A stretch of 64,000 nt of DNA from an uncultured Planctomycetales bacterium (lineage in GTDB: Bacteria; Planctomycetota; Planctomycetia; Pirellulales; PNKZ01): the NCBI GenBank assembly GCA_963710365.1, contig CAVQAC010000023.1, forward strand, positions 7,024 through 71,023, in the 5' to 3' direction. The position numbers and the translations under genes are program-made. The notes under the pieces are model-generated. The model had not been told where the DNA came from. It made no database searches and saw only the letters and a list, made by a program, of their open reading frames with translations. Positions 42,390 to 54,520 of the stretch are shown here, one piece after another (positions within the stretch are counted from its first letter, which is position 1; each line of letters starts with the position of its first letter).

Positions 42390-43154
42390 CTATTTGCTCA
42401 GGGCCGAGACGCTGCTGCTGATCAACGTGCCGATCTTCTCGCCATTGACCGCACGTTCGATGTTGCCCTCTTTCTTGAAATTGAAAACCAGGATCGGCAT
42501 CTCGTGCTCCATGCACTGGGCGATCGCGGTGGGGTCCATCACGCGAAGGTTCTGGTCGCGAACGGCATGATAACTCAATTCACTATACAGCACGGCGTGC
42601 GGGTTCTTCTCGGGATCGTCGCTGTAAACGCCTTCGACGCGCGTGGCCTTCATCAGGATGTCGGCTTCGAGTTCCAGGGCCCGTTGCGCGGCAGCCGTAT
42701 CGGTCGTCACGAAGGGACTGCCCGTGCCGCAGGCCAGGATCACGATCCGGCCCTTTTCCAGGTGGCGGCGCGCACGCCGGCGGATGTAAGGCTCGGCGAC
42801 GCCGTCCATGCGAATGGCCGTCGAAAGCCGCGTTTCACAGCCCAGCGATTCCAGGGCGTCTTGCAGAGCCAACCCGTTGAGCACCGTGGCCAGCATGCCC
42901 ATGTAATGAGCCGTCGCTTCCTGCACGCACGACTGCGCGGCCGTGAACTGGGCGCCACGGAGGATGTTGCCGCCGCCAATGACAACGGCAATCTGCACGC
43001 CGCGCTGGGCGGCCCGAGACGTTTGCCGGGCCGTGTGCAGAACGGCTTCCATGCTGATGCCGCGCTCGCCGGCATGGCAGAAACTTTCGCCCGAAAGCTT
43101 GAGCACCACCCGCCGATAAGCAGCGGATTGACCTGTCGCAGCCACGTCCGTCAT
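42390..43154 (-). CDS. pyrH: UMP kinase
   Basis: [33 protein letters not shown].. Intact. The start MTDVAATGQ at 43154 was chosen to avoid overlapping tsf. Confidence 0.92.
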   Translation of the reverse strand: MTDVAATGQSAAYRRVVLKLSGESFCHAGERGISMEAVLHTARQTSRAAQRGVQIAVVIGGGNILRGAQFTAAQSCVQEATAHYMGMLATVLNGLALQDALESLGCETRLSTAIRMDGVAEPYIRRRARRHLEKGRIVILACGTGSPFVTTDTAAAQRALELEADILMKATRVEGVYSDDPEKNPHAVLYSELSYHAVRDQNLRVMDPTAIAQCMEHEMPILVFNFKKEGNIERAVNGEKIGTLISSSVSALSK

Positions 43155-43194
43155 CTGGCATTGCTCCCGCGAACTTACGCAAGTCGGCATCGAT

Positions 43195-44022
43195 TCACTT
43201 GCCGAGCTTCCAATTGACGAATTTAACAACCTTCATCTTGGCCGCCTTGAGCACTTCGGCCACGCTCTTGGTGTTGTCCTTGACGAACTGCTGTTCGGTC
43301 AGCACCTTGGCCGCGTAGAAGTTCTTCATTCGCCCTTCGATCATCTTCGCGATGATGTTCTCGGGCTTGCCTTCTTTGCGGGCCTGCTCGGTGAGGATTT
43401 CGCGTTCCTGGGCCACCGCGGCCGGATCGAGATCTTCCTTCGAGGCCGATTCCGGATTGGCCGCCACGACGTGCATGGCAATGTCGCGGGCCGTGGCCGC
43501 GTCGCCGCCTTCGTAGACCACCAACGACCCGAAATCGCCGGTGGCGTGTACGTAGCCGGCGCACAGGCCGTCGAAACGGACAACACGGCCGATATTGAAC
43601 ACCTCGCGGATGCGATTGAACATGTCATCCTTTTGCTCGCCGAGCGTCTGCCCTGGCTTGCTGGGAGCCGGCAGCTTGAGCAGCGCTTCGGCCGAAGTGG
43701 CTCCAGCGTTCAGCGCCGCCGCCTTGGCCAGATCGGTGGCGAACTGCTTGGTCTCAGGGCTGGTTGCGACCGGGGCGCTTTCGCAAAGAAACTCGACCAT
43801 GGCGCCGACCTTCTTGTCGGCGTCCGTATAAACGCCGATTCGCCCGGCCGAGGTTTCCCGGCCCAAACGGGTTTCCTGCGTCTTCTTCCCCTTCTCGCGG
43901 AGCGTGCGGACCGCTTCTTCTTCATTGCCGCCCGCCTCGAGCAAAGCCGCCTTACACTCCATCATGGGCAAGCCCGTCCGCTCGCGCAGCGCCTTGACCG
44001 CCGCAGCAGTGATCTCTGCCAT
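43195..44022 (-). CDS. tsf: elongation factor Ts
   Basis: [38 protein letters not shown].. (UBA-like N-terminus) plus the EF-Ts core. Intact. Confidence 0.92.
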   Translation of the reverse strand: MAEITAAAVKALRERTGLPMMECKAALLEAGGNEEEAVRTLREKGKKTQETRLGRETSAGRIGVYTDADKKVGAMVEFLCESAPVATSPETKQFATDLAKAAALNAGATSAEALLKLPAPSKPGQTLGEQKDDMFNRIREVFNIGRVVRFDGLCAGYVHATGDFGSLVVYEGGDAATARDIAMHVVAANPESASKEDLDPAAVAQEREILTEQARKEGKPENIIAKMIEGRMKNFYAAKVLTEQQFVKDNTKSVAEVLKAAKMKVVKFVNWKLGK

Positions 44023-44189
44023 GTTCGAACCTCTTTCTTCGTGGCCTATGCGTTGGTTTTGATATTTCGTGAAAATGCAGGACGACGACGAGTTTGCGCC
44101 GAGCCACCAAAGGGCTGTGTCGCGAACCATGAAGCTGCGCTTCGCGCTCGCTCGCCAGCGAGTTCGTCTTTTAGTCCGCGTCTTTATCT

Positions 44190-44937
44190 TCAGTACCGCC
44201 AGCCGAATAGGATGTCGTGACGGCGCGTGCCCTTTTGTGCCGCGACGTCCACGCTGTTGGCCTTGCCTTCGATGACCGCGTCGGCCAATTGTTGTAGCAC
44301 CAATTCGATCGAACGAATGCTGTCGTCATTGCCCGGAATCGGCAGATCCACCAGGTCCGGATCGCTGTCAGTGTCGATCAGCGCCACGGTCGTTACGCCC
44401 AACTTGCGGGCCTCACTGACCGCGTTCTTTTCCTTCTTCGGATCGATGATCACCATGCACTCGGGCAACCGGCTCATGGCAGCGGATACCGTTCAGGTTG
44501 CGGTACATCTTGCGATATTCGCGATTCAAGGCCGACTGCATCTTCTTGGAGTAGGCCGAGATCTCGTCGGTCTCTTTCATCTTCTCCAACTGTTCCAAAC
44601 GCGTCAGCCGGCTGCGAATGGTGCGGAAGTTGGTCAGCGTCCCACCCAGCCAGCGGTCGTTCACGTAGGGCATGCCGCAGCGATCGGATTCACGCTGGGT
44701 CGTTTCGGTCGCCTGGCGCTTGGTCCCCACGAACAGGATCAGGCTGCCGACCGAGGCCACTTGCGTGAGATACTTCTTGGCGCGGATCAGGCCGCGGATT
44801 GTTTCGCGGACGTCGATAATATGGATCAGGTTGCGGCGCCCGTAGATGTAGGGGCGCATCTTCGGATTCCAGCGGCTGGCGCGATGTCCGAAATGGGCGC
44901 CGGCTTCAATCAACTGCTTGACGAGAACACTTGGCAC
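44190..44937 (-). CDS. rpsB: 30S ribosomal protein S2 (one frameshift near 44470)
   Basis: GTG start after AGGAG: [27 protein letters not shown]... The C-terminal half comes from ORF 44190-44477 ([33 protein letters not shown]). Confidence 0.92.
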
Positions 44938-45219
44938 AAAAAACTCCTGGTGGAAGGCACACCGGCAATTGTCCCGCAAAGGGTCAAGTAGCCCTCGGCG
45001 CACGACCGTCCGGCGTTAGATACAGCGATTCGGTCGGTAATCGGTAAACAAAAGACGCGTCGTGCGACCACGACCGCATTCTTCCATTCCGGACCGTTCG
45101 GGAGCGGAAAGTCCCTTATCGTAGCGATTTAGAACGGCAGGGTCAAATCATAATCGCCCGTCGAAAATCGCGATTGATCGGGCCGGTGACATCGCCCGAA
45201 ATCGGGGCAGGTTTGCCAT

Positions 45220-45603
45220 TTAACCCGCGGGGGGAGCCCCGGAAGTGTCTTCTGGGCCATATCGGCCTCGATAAGCGTCCGCCGGATACTTCTTCCGGTT
45301 CTTCTCCATCTTATCATTTATGGCCCCGGCAACATCCAGTCCCAGCTCATTGGCCAGGGCCAGGCCATAGCACAGCACGTCGGCCAGCTCTTCACCGACC
45401 TCGACCAGCTTCTGCGGCTGATGGGCGACCTGCCGCGAGGCTTCGGGCGTCAGCCATTGAAAGTGCTCCATCAGCTCGGCGGCCTCGATGGCCAGCGACA
45501 TGGAGAGGTTCTTCGGCGTGTGGAATTGCTGCCAGTCCCGCTCGGCGACGAATTGGCGGACCAATTCCCGCAGTTCAGCGACAGTGGTCTGCTGGTCATT
45601 CAT
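45220..45603 (-). CDS. MazG-like nucleotide pyrophosphohydrolase (small all-alpha NTP-PPase)
   Basis: Intact 127 aa. ERDWQQFHTPKNL, EAAELMEHFQW, and EELADVLCY metal-binding E..E/E..D pattern. Confidence 0.8.
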   Translation of the reverse strand: MNDQQTTVAELRELVRQFVAERDWQQFHTPKNLSMSLAIEAAELMEHFQWLTPEASRQVAHQPQKLVEVGEELADVLCYGLALANELGLDVAGAINDKMEKNRKKYPADAYRGRYGPEDTSGAPPAG

Positions 45604-46546
45604 CTGGATAAGGGCCTCAGGAAAAGGCCGGCTCGGCCAGCAGCGAAAGGCCCGGCAGCATCAGTTGCCGCGGCGGATGGCAGCGCTGCTTGGTACCGCT
45701 TGCGGTATCCTTCGCAAAGGTGGACCATGACTTCCAGGGCAAGCAAATCGGCCCGCGTGACCACATGCCGTGCGCTGCGGGTGCCCAGGCCACGGATCAA
45801 CTCGTCGACCACATGCAGATGCAATTGCATCGACTGCGGAGCGGAAATGCCTGAGAAGGTCAGCAATTCAGCCAGCGTGCTCATTTCCTGGGCCAGGTTG
45901 CCCGAGCCCATGATGACATAGGCCTTGAGCAATTGCCGATAGTGCTCGACCAACTGCGTGGGGAGTTCGAGGAGTACGTCGGCGGCCGTTGTGTCATTCT
46001 GCATCGGCTCGCGCCAGCGCCATGGCTGGGTTGCTGGCGTCTTCGGCAGCGCAGTTGTTCCAGATCCCGGAGCAGCAGAGCGCTGATCTTCGAGCAGTCG
46101 CTGAGCTTCGTCGTGTTCCAGACGCAACCGCTGGCGTTCGGCTTGGGCCAGCCGGCGGTTTTCGCGGATCAGCAACCGACGTTCGACGGCCCGCGCCACC
46201 ATCCAGATGAGATTGCGGGTCGTGGTCGTATTGACGCACACATAGGCGTCGGCGCCGACTTCGAAACACTTCGCCGTCAATTGCTGCTCGCTTTGCTCGC
46301 CCAGCACGATCAGCGGCTCTTCGGAGCCTCCAGCGCGGAAGCCTTCGAGGAACGCCAGAGTGCATCGAGTTCACCCGGTTCATGGCTGATCAACACGGCG
46401 TCGAAGATTTCGTCGCGCAACCGGGCCATGCCGGCTGCCACCCCGACGGCTTCTTCCAGCACGACGTCGACCGCGCTATCGGCCGCAAAGGCTTCGGCCA
46501 GCCAGCCGCCGGTGCGGTGATAGCTGGTGACGTACAGCACCCGCAT
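45600..46546 (-). CDS. pseudo-receiver / coiled-coil / KaiA-RsbU_N-like helical domain protein (one frameshift near 46310)
   Basis: ORF 46310-46672 (MRVLYVTS..FDAVLISHEPGELDAL) plus ORF 45600-46307. The REC-like fold lacks the acid pocket, acceptor Asp and Lys. The C-terminus HYRQLLKAY..ISAPQSMQLHLHVVDEL..DLLALEVMVHLCEGYRKRY aligns by eye with the KaiA C-terminal domain. Its stop overlaps the MazG-like ATG (ATGA). Confidence 0.55.
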
Positions 46547-46849
46547 CCGCGGCGGCAAGCCGCCCCAAGGAGGCTTTCCTGTCCGAGCGGCTGAGGTTTC
46601 GCGAACCATGCCCATGGCACGCATCCTTGCTGATCTCACGAAGAGGCCCATCCGGCCCGCGAGCGAACGCACCGACGCTAGCCACTCGTGCTAGCAGTGC
46701 TGCGTGCGCGACGCGGTACTCTAGCTAGGTGCCCTGATAGCGCGTCAACGCCGGCGCACGACGCCAGTCGACTGACCTTTGCCGAGTGACCGTCATACGT
46801 CTAGAATTGGCACGCTTTTCCCAAGCAGTCTCCGGGGCCGAATACAACC

Positions 46850-48063
46850 GTGGCACGAATCGCCTATCTCGACTGCTTGAGCGGCATCAGCGGCGACATG
46901 ACGCTCGCCGCGCTGGTCGATGCCGGCGCGAACCTCGAGCAGATTCAAGCCGGCATCGATTCGCTGGGGCTGCCCGATTGCCGGCTGGTTGCAAGCGAGG
47001 TCAAGCGGCACGGCTTTCGTGCCCGGCAGATCAGAGTCGAGCACTCACCCGAGCATGCACCATCGACACCTGCACCACATCACGGGCATGATCGATCGCA
47101 GCACGCTGACCGATCGTCAAAAAGATCTTGCCCGGCGGATCTTCACCCGCCTGGGCGAAGCCGAGGCCAAGGTCCACGGCACGCCGCATCCGCAGCGTTC
47201 ACTTCCACGAGGTCGGAGCGGTCGATTCGATCGCCGATATCGTCGGCTCGGCCATCGGCTGGGATCTGCTGGGCGTCGACCGTGTCGAAGCTTCGGCGGT
47301 GCCAACCGGTTGGGGAACGATCGAGATTGCCCACGGTCGGGTCGAACATTCCCGGCTCCGGCCACCGCCGAATTGCTGCGCGGCGTGCCGATTGCCGAGT
47401 CGCACGTCAATGCCGAGCTGACCACGCCGACCGGTGCCGCCATTCTGACCACCCTGGCCACGAGCCTACGGCCCGCTGCCGGCGATGACGATCGAACGCA
47501 TTGGCTGCGGCGCCGGCTCGCGCGAGCTGGCCGAACAGGCCAACGTCCTGCGGCTGTTCATCGGCTCCAGCAACGTCGAAACGGCGGCCGACCAGGTATG
47601 GGTCGTCGAAACGAACCTCGACGACACCAGCGGCGAAATGATCGGCTATTGCATCAGCCAGCTGTGGCAGGCCGAAGTGCTCGACGTCTACACGACGGCA
47701 ATCCAGATGAAGAAAAACCGGCCCGGCACCTTGCTCACGGTCTTGTGTCCGCTGGAAAAGATCGAAGCCGTGGAGCAGATTATGTTTCGTGAAACCGGCA
47801 CGCTGGGCATTCGCCGTTGGCCGGCAAGTCGACACAAATTGCATCGCCAGCCGCATCGCGTCGAGACCGCATGGGGACCGATCGAGGGAAAGCTCGGCTG
47901 GATTTCTGGGCAGCAGCCCAGCTTCTCGCCGGAATTCGAGTCGTGCAGCCGCGTGGCGGCGGCGCAAGGCGTGCCGTTGCGAGCCGTGTATGAGGCGGCG
48001 CATAAGGCATTTGCTGAGGGCCGAATACCAGGCGGCGATTCCGCCAGCGGCCAAGGGCCGTGA
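46850..48063 (+). CDS. larC: nickel-pincer cofactor biosynthesis protein LarC (DUF111 family; frameshifted)
   Basis: [72 protein letters not shown]. At least 3 frame breaks. Confidence 0.85.
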
Positions 48064-48104
48064 AAACAAATTCTACGGGGCTCTGTCCAGGGAAGGACTG
48101 ACAC

Positions 48105-48741
48105 ATGCCACTGCTTCGCGGAGCTCACCGGCGGCAGCTTATTCCTGGTAATCTTCGTCGTGGTAACGGCGTTTGTGCTCATGCTCCGTACACAACGCCA
48201 GTTGCGCCAACCGTCGAAAAATTCCCGGCCATCAATGCCAATCACCGCTCCAATCACCAAACCCAGCAACGTGCGCATCGACAAGGCCTGCCGACCCGGT
48301 GCGGCGGAAATGAAAGTCCAGCACCAAGTCGAGCATTGGGAAGTTCGCATGCACGACGTCGCACGCGAGCTTTCGGCCCAACTCGACTCGAAGATGAGCG
48401 CCTGGAACATCTCATTCAAGATGCCGAGCGCCAGATCGCACGTCTTGATGAACGGTTGGGCCGCGAGCCAAAACGTAGTTCGGAGCCGGCACGCTGCACC
48501 TGACCGGCCAGCCTCGCGGCTGACGCCGCACATCAGCACGCAAGCGGCCGCCCTGACTTCGAGCCCGCTAGTGCGTAATGCGGCCACCCCGCCGGCAAGC
48601 CCTCGGCCAACGAAGGAGCGGCGTTTCGACGAGGTCTATGCCTTGGCCGATGCCGGTCATGCCCCGGCGGTCATTGCCAGCCGCGTCGGCAGCCCGGTGG
48701 GCGAGATCGAGTTGATCTTGAGCTTGCGAAATCGCAGCTAA
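48105..48741 (+). CDS. hypothetical membrane protein with C-terminal HTH-like tail (frameshifted; weak call)
   Basis: TM-like LFLVIFVVVTAFVLML, a coiled segment EHLIQDAERQIARLDERL, and a tail FDEVYALADAGHAPAVIASRVGSPVGEIELILSLR. These lie in three different frames, so the reconstruction is uncertain. Confidence 0.35.
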
Positions 48742-48747
48742 TTAGAA

Positions 48748-48841
48748 GTAGGCGGTAGGCAGAGGGCAGTAGGCAGTTTCGGAAATATACCGACGCCAAT
48801 TCAACTGCTCTCGGCCTACAGCCTACCGCCCCCTGCCCTCT
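48748..48841. repeat. GTAGGC / GCCTAC motif cluster between convergent genes
   Basis: GTAGGC three times (48748, 48755, 48769) and GCCTAC twice (48814, 48821). GGCGGTAGGC/GCCTACCGCC and AGAGGGCAG/CTGCCCTCT are complementary pairs in the non-nested order A B A' B'. The right half overlaps the last codons of the DUF255 gene. Confidence 0.7.
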
Positions 48842-50887
48842 CCCATTCGGCCAAGATCGCCTGTTGGCCGATGAGCGGCTGGCCGCAGGTAAAATTCTCG
48901 CAGAAGTAGACGGTGGGCTCTGAGGCCGGCATTTCTTTACCGGCGAACAGGCCCTCCAGGTGCGAGGAATGATTCGCGGCAGGACGATGGGCCACAACCT
49001 TGTTGGGCCAGAATCGCCGGCGCAGATCGGCCAGAATCTCCGGGCTGGCGAATTGCTGCTGCGGGCTGAGGATGACGATCTCGGACGTTGGCCCCTGGTG
49101 GAAATCGACGGCGATCAACAATTGCCCGGCCGCACTGGGGGCTTTCTTCATGATCTCCAGGCAGGCCTCCATGGCGCGGCGTGCCGAGTCGAGAAAATCA
49201 GTCCGCCCGCAGAGCTTTCCTAGCCGTAGCAGCGTCAGGGCGGCCATCGCGTTGCCGCTTGGTACCGAGCTGTCCTGCATGTCCTTTTGCCGGGTAAGCA
49301 GCGTTTCGTGATCTAGAGCCGTGAAGAAAAAGCCGCCATGCCCGCGATCCTCGAATTGCGCCATCAGCACATCGGCCAGAGGTACCGCGGCGTCAATCCA
49401 ACGTTCGTCGAATGTGGCTTCGTAAAGCGAGACCAGCGAGTTGGCCAGGCAGGCATAGTCATCAACATACGCGTCGAGCTTGGCCGTGCCATTCCGCCAG
49501 CAATGCAACAGCCGACCGTCGGGCCGCCGCAAATGCGCGAGCAGGAAATCTGCCGCCTTCACCGCGGCGTCGACATAGCGCGGCTCGCCCAGCGCTGCAC
49601 CGGCCTGAGCCAGGGCGTCGATCATCAGGCCGTTCCAACTAACGAGCACCTTGTCGTCGAGCGCCGGCCAGACGCGGCCATTGCGAACGGCCAGCAACTG
49701 CGCTCGGCTTTCGGCCAGTTCGCGATCCAACTCGGCCCGATCGCGGTTCAGCATCGCGGCCAATTGGTCGAACGTCTTGGGCAGGTTGAGAATGTTGTGC
49801 CCTTCGAAATTCCCTGGCTCGCTCACGTCGTATGCCTGGCAAAACGCGTGGGCTCGCTCCGGTCCGAGCACGGCTACGATTTCGGCCGGAGTCCAGACGT
49901 AGAACTTCCCTTCTTCGCCTTCGCTGTCGGCGTCGAGCGTGCTGTAGAAGCCGCCCTCGGGGCCGGTCATTTCGCGTAGCACGTAGTCGAGCGTCTCGCG
50001 GGCCACGCGGGCGTAATCAGCCCGTCCGGTCGCCTGCCAGGCTTCGACGTACGCGACGGCCAGCAGGGCGTTGTCGTAGAGCATCTTTTCGAAATGCGGC
50101 ACCAGCCAGCGGGCGTCGACCGAATAGCGATGGAAGCCGCCGCCCAGTTGGTCGTACATGCCGCCGCCGGCCATTTTGTCGAGCGTCAGCGTGACCATCT
50201 GCAACAACCCGTCACGGCCCGTACGTCGCCAGGCTCGCAGCAAGACTCGCAGATCCATGGGATGCGGAAATTTCGGCGCACCGCCGAAGCCGCCTTGTTG
50301 ATGGTCGAAACTTCGCTCCAAGACGACGGCCGCATTGTGCAACAGTCCCGGCGGGTCGAGCGCTCCAGGCTCGATGCGCCATGCCGGCCGCCTGACGCAG
50401 ATGGCCGGTGAGTTGTTCGGCCTGTTCGTCCACAGCCTGCCGGCGGTTGTGCCAGGCGTCTGCGCACGGCAGCCAGCACGTCGTCGAAGCCCGGCATGCC
50501 CATCCGGCCTGACGGTGGCCAATACGTTCCGCCGTAAAAGGGCTTCAGGTCGGCCGTCAGAAAGACCGACATTGGCCAGCCGCCGCGTCCGGTCATGGCC
50601 TGCACGGCTTGCATGTAAATCTGGTCCAGGTCGGGCCGCTCTTCGCGATCGACCTTGATGCTGACGAAATTGTCGTTGAGAAACCGGGCAATGTCCGGAT
50701 CCTCGAAACTCTCGTGCTCCATCACATGGCACCAATGGCAGGCCGAATAGCCGATCGAGAGAAAGATCGGCTTGTTCTCCGCTCGGGCGCGCTCGAAGGC
50801 TGCCGGTCCCCAGGGCTGCCAGTCCACCGGGTTGTTGGCGTGTTGCAACAGGTAGGGACTGGTTTCTTCGGCCAGACGATTGGGCAT
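48816..50887 (-). CDS. thioredoxin-domain DUF255 protein (YyaL-like, N-acylglucosamine 2-epimerase-type alpha toroid; frameshifted)
   Basis: N-terminus from ORF 50186-50887 ([28 protein letters not shown]). The remainder comes from the 3' 1.6 kb of ORF 48816-51401 ([25 protein letters not shown]...). Confidence 0.85.
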
Positions 50888-50890
50888 GAT

Positions 50891-51672
50891 TCATGAGAAC
50901 GTTTGTTCGGGGCCGGGAAACTCGCCGGAGCGGACATCGTCGCGATAACGCTCGACCGCCGTCGTGAATGGTCGAGCGCAAATCAGCATAGGCTTTGACG
51001 AACCGCGGCACATAGCCGCTGGTGAGCCCCAACAGGTCGTGCGTCACCAGCACCTGGCCATCGCAGCCGGCCCCGGCACCGATGCCGATCGTCGGCACCT
51101 TCACTTCCGCCGTGATGCGCTGGGCGAGTTCGGTGGGAATGCACTCCAGCACAATCGCAAACGCGCCAGCCGCTTCGGCGGCCAGCGCATCGGCCACGAG
51201 CCGCTCGGCGTCGCGCTGCACTTTGTAGCCGCCCAGCACATGTACGCTTTGCGGACGCAGGCCGCAATGGGCCATGACGGGAATGCCGGCCGACACGAGG
51301 GCTGAAATTACCTCGGCCTGCTCCTGCCCCCCTTCCAGCTTGACCGCCTGGCAGCGAGTCTCTTTCAGAATCCGGGCCGCACTCTCCACCGCATGCAGCA
51401 AGCCGGTCGAACCCAGCGGAAACGGCAGATCGACGACGACCAGTGCCCGTTGCGACGGCCCGGCCTACCATTTCGGCATGGTAGATCATCTGATCGAGCG
51501 ACACCGGCAGCGTGGTGCTATGCCCTTGCACGGCCATGGCCACGCTATCGCCGACCAGGATGGCCTCGATGCCGGCGGCGTCGAGCAGCCCGGCCAGCAT
51601 GTAGTCGTAGGCCGTGAGCATGCTGATCTTGCGACCAGCCGCCTTCATGGCGACGAACTTGGGGACGGTCAT
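50891..51672 (-). CDS. panB: 3-methyl-2-oxobutanoate hydroxymethyltransferase (frameshifted)
   Basis: MTVPKFVAMKAAGRKISMLTAYDY..ILVGDS (ORF 50983-51798) plus AVKLEGG..VMAHCGLRPQS..IVLECIP..PTIGIGAG (5' part of ORF 48816-51401). The inferred stop at 50891-50893 lies 3 nt upstream of the DUF255 ATG. Confidence 0.88.
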
Positions 51673-51820
51673 CCGCTGGTCGGGGGGCATACTGCGTGAA
51701 GAGTTCGGCCAGGGTGTGATCTTCGAGCGACTCAATCGCATTGTCACCTCGCGCCGAACCGCGGGCAATGGGGGGCAATTACGCCGAAGCCTTGCCAACC
51801 TTCGGTAAGCAAGCTCGCTT

Positions 51821-52131
51821 TCAGATGCCCATCTGGCCCAAAGCGTCGATCACGCTGCCGATCGTGCCTGCAAGCGTGGGGTGGGTGTCCTCGAATTCGC
51901 GGGCGGCATCCCCCAGCCGGGCGACCAGCGACTCGCGCTGGCCGCTGCGCGAACTCGCAGAACCGGACGACGGCAATTGCCCCGCAGCCTGTTCGGCCAG
52001 GATCCGCTCAATATCGGTCGCCAGCCCGGCATCAGCAGCGTGCGCAGTTCGGGCGTGATTTCGCGGGTATTGGCTAGTTGATCGTGCAACTCGACCAATG
52101 TCGTTCGCAGTTGCTCGGAATGTTCCGCCAT
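51821..52131 (-). CDS. DUF4404-like small protein (one frameshift)
   Basis: MAEHSEQLRTTLVELHDQLANTREITPELRTLL joins ..ATDIERILAE..LVARLGDAAREFEDTHPTLAGTIGSVIDALGQMGI. The family name is from memory. Confidence 0.55.
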
Positions 52132-52348
52132 GGGACCGTCCTGCGCTGGAAGCCGAAAAGAAACCGCGATCTGAAAACGCCGCTGGTTCCAAACCGTCAG
52201 GATAGAGGCGGCAATCACGCCTCACAAGGGCCGAGGGCGAGTCGTACGGGGCTTTGATGCTGGACGATCTCAAACGCTCCTCGGAAATATGAGCCCGACT
52301 GCGCCAGCAAGGGTGTCGCAGAAGGGACACCCTCGCTGGCGCGTCGGG

Positions 52349-53190
52349 CTAGTGTTTTCCAGCGAGAGATGCCGAATGGCTCTGAGAATCCGTGCGGCAG
52401 ACGGCAATCCAGCCGTTGGCCCGCAACCGTCCCAGCAGCCAGGGCCAGCGCAGCGCGTGCCGGCGGACCGGTATTCAGCGAGATCAATTCTTCGATCTGG
52501 AAGCCGGCCGAGCGCAACGAGCTGGTCAATTCGCTACGAGTGTAGACGTGCAGGAACATGCTGGGAACGCCACGGTACTCGAAAAACTTGTCGCCCGGCT
52601 CGGTGTCGCCGCGGGCGAACCAGCGGAAGAAGTTGGCCAGCAGCCAGCGCCGCCCCTCGGGCTGACGCAGGTTGTGCCAGCGGTTGTGGACGTGCATCAC
52701 GAACTTGCCGCCGGGCTTGAGAATCCGCGCGACGTGCCGCAGCACTTGCAGGCGGTTCTCATGGCCGCGAACCATGCCCAGCGTGCTGAACATGCAGATG
52801 CAGTAGTCGGCCGAGGCATCGCGCAGGCAGCCCAGCTCGACGAAGTTGGCCCGCAACCGATCGATGGGCAATTGCTCGGCATCGGCCTTTGGCCGATGAC
52901 TTCCAGCATGTGCGGCTGAGAGGTCGACCGCCAGGCAGCGAAACCCGTAGCCGGGCAAAGGGGACCAGCAGCCGGCCGGTGCCGGCGCCCAGATCGACCA
53001 GCACGCCCGGATGGGTGAAGTGCCGTCGCAGCACCTCCTCATCAAACTCGAACAGGCTGTTGGCGGCGAAATAGTCGTCGTAATCGTGGGCGATGTGGGG
53101 GGCCTGGAAATAGTCCCACAGCCCCTGGCTCACGCCGCGCGGCAGGCGCCAATGCGGCAATCGGGGTCGCGCTGCCAAGCGGAGAGCCTT
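52349..53190 (-). CDS. class I SAM-dependent methyltransferase (frameshifted; start approximate)
   Basis: VLVDLGAGTGR (motif I), ADYCICMFSTLG, ILKPGGKFVMHVHN. The C-terminus is inferred as ..LRWPWLLGRLRANGWIAVCR..GKH* after a frame correction. Confidence 0.75.
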
Positions 53191-53335
53191 TTCGGTCGGT
53201 TGCTCGGGTGAACTCGACCAGTATAATCGCGGCCCAGGTGCGCGCCCACTCGGGAAGGTTCGTCCAGGCCCATGGCCCGAGCGTTTTCTGCTCTTTGCGT
53301 CTGGGCCAGGCTTGTTCATATCGAAGGAGAATGTC

Positions 53336-54357
<1,022 letters not shown>

Positions 54358-54405
54358 ATTTCACACGAGCAGGGCGGATTGCAAACAAGTCCGACGCGTA
54401 AGCGA

Positions 54406-54428
54406 GGGAGTTCTCACGCAGAACTCCC
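54406..54428 (+). terminator. perfect 9-bp hairpin downstream of gap
   Basis: GGGAGTTCT cacgc AGAACTCCC followed by TT. Confidence 0.45.
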
Positions 54429-54483
54429 TTGCTGACGCGCCCGGATGGTCTTGCGCACTGATCCGCGTCTGCAGGAATGAATT

Positions 54484-54515
54484 CCCGAGCCCTGGGCGTG
54501 AGCCCGGGCATTTTT
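54484..54515 (+). terminator. Rho-independent terminator-like hairpin with T-run
   Basis: CCCGAGC cctgggcgtga GCCCGGG CA TTTTT. It lies between gap and the convergent TPR gene. Confidence 0.5.
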
Positions 54516-54520
54516 CACTG

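Noticed and set aside
48816-51401. 861 aa ORF that looks like a giant multidomain protein
   Set aside because: It is a chimera. The 5' third is the C-terminal half of panB. A middle stretch is out-of-frame read-through. The 3' part is the DUF255/YyaL-like protein, whose true N-terminus lies in ORF 50186-50887. The fusion is created by indels.
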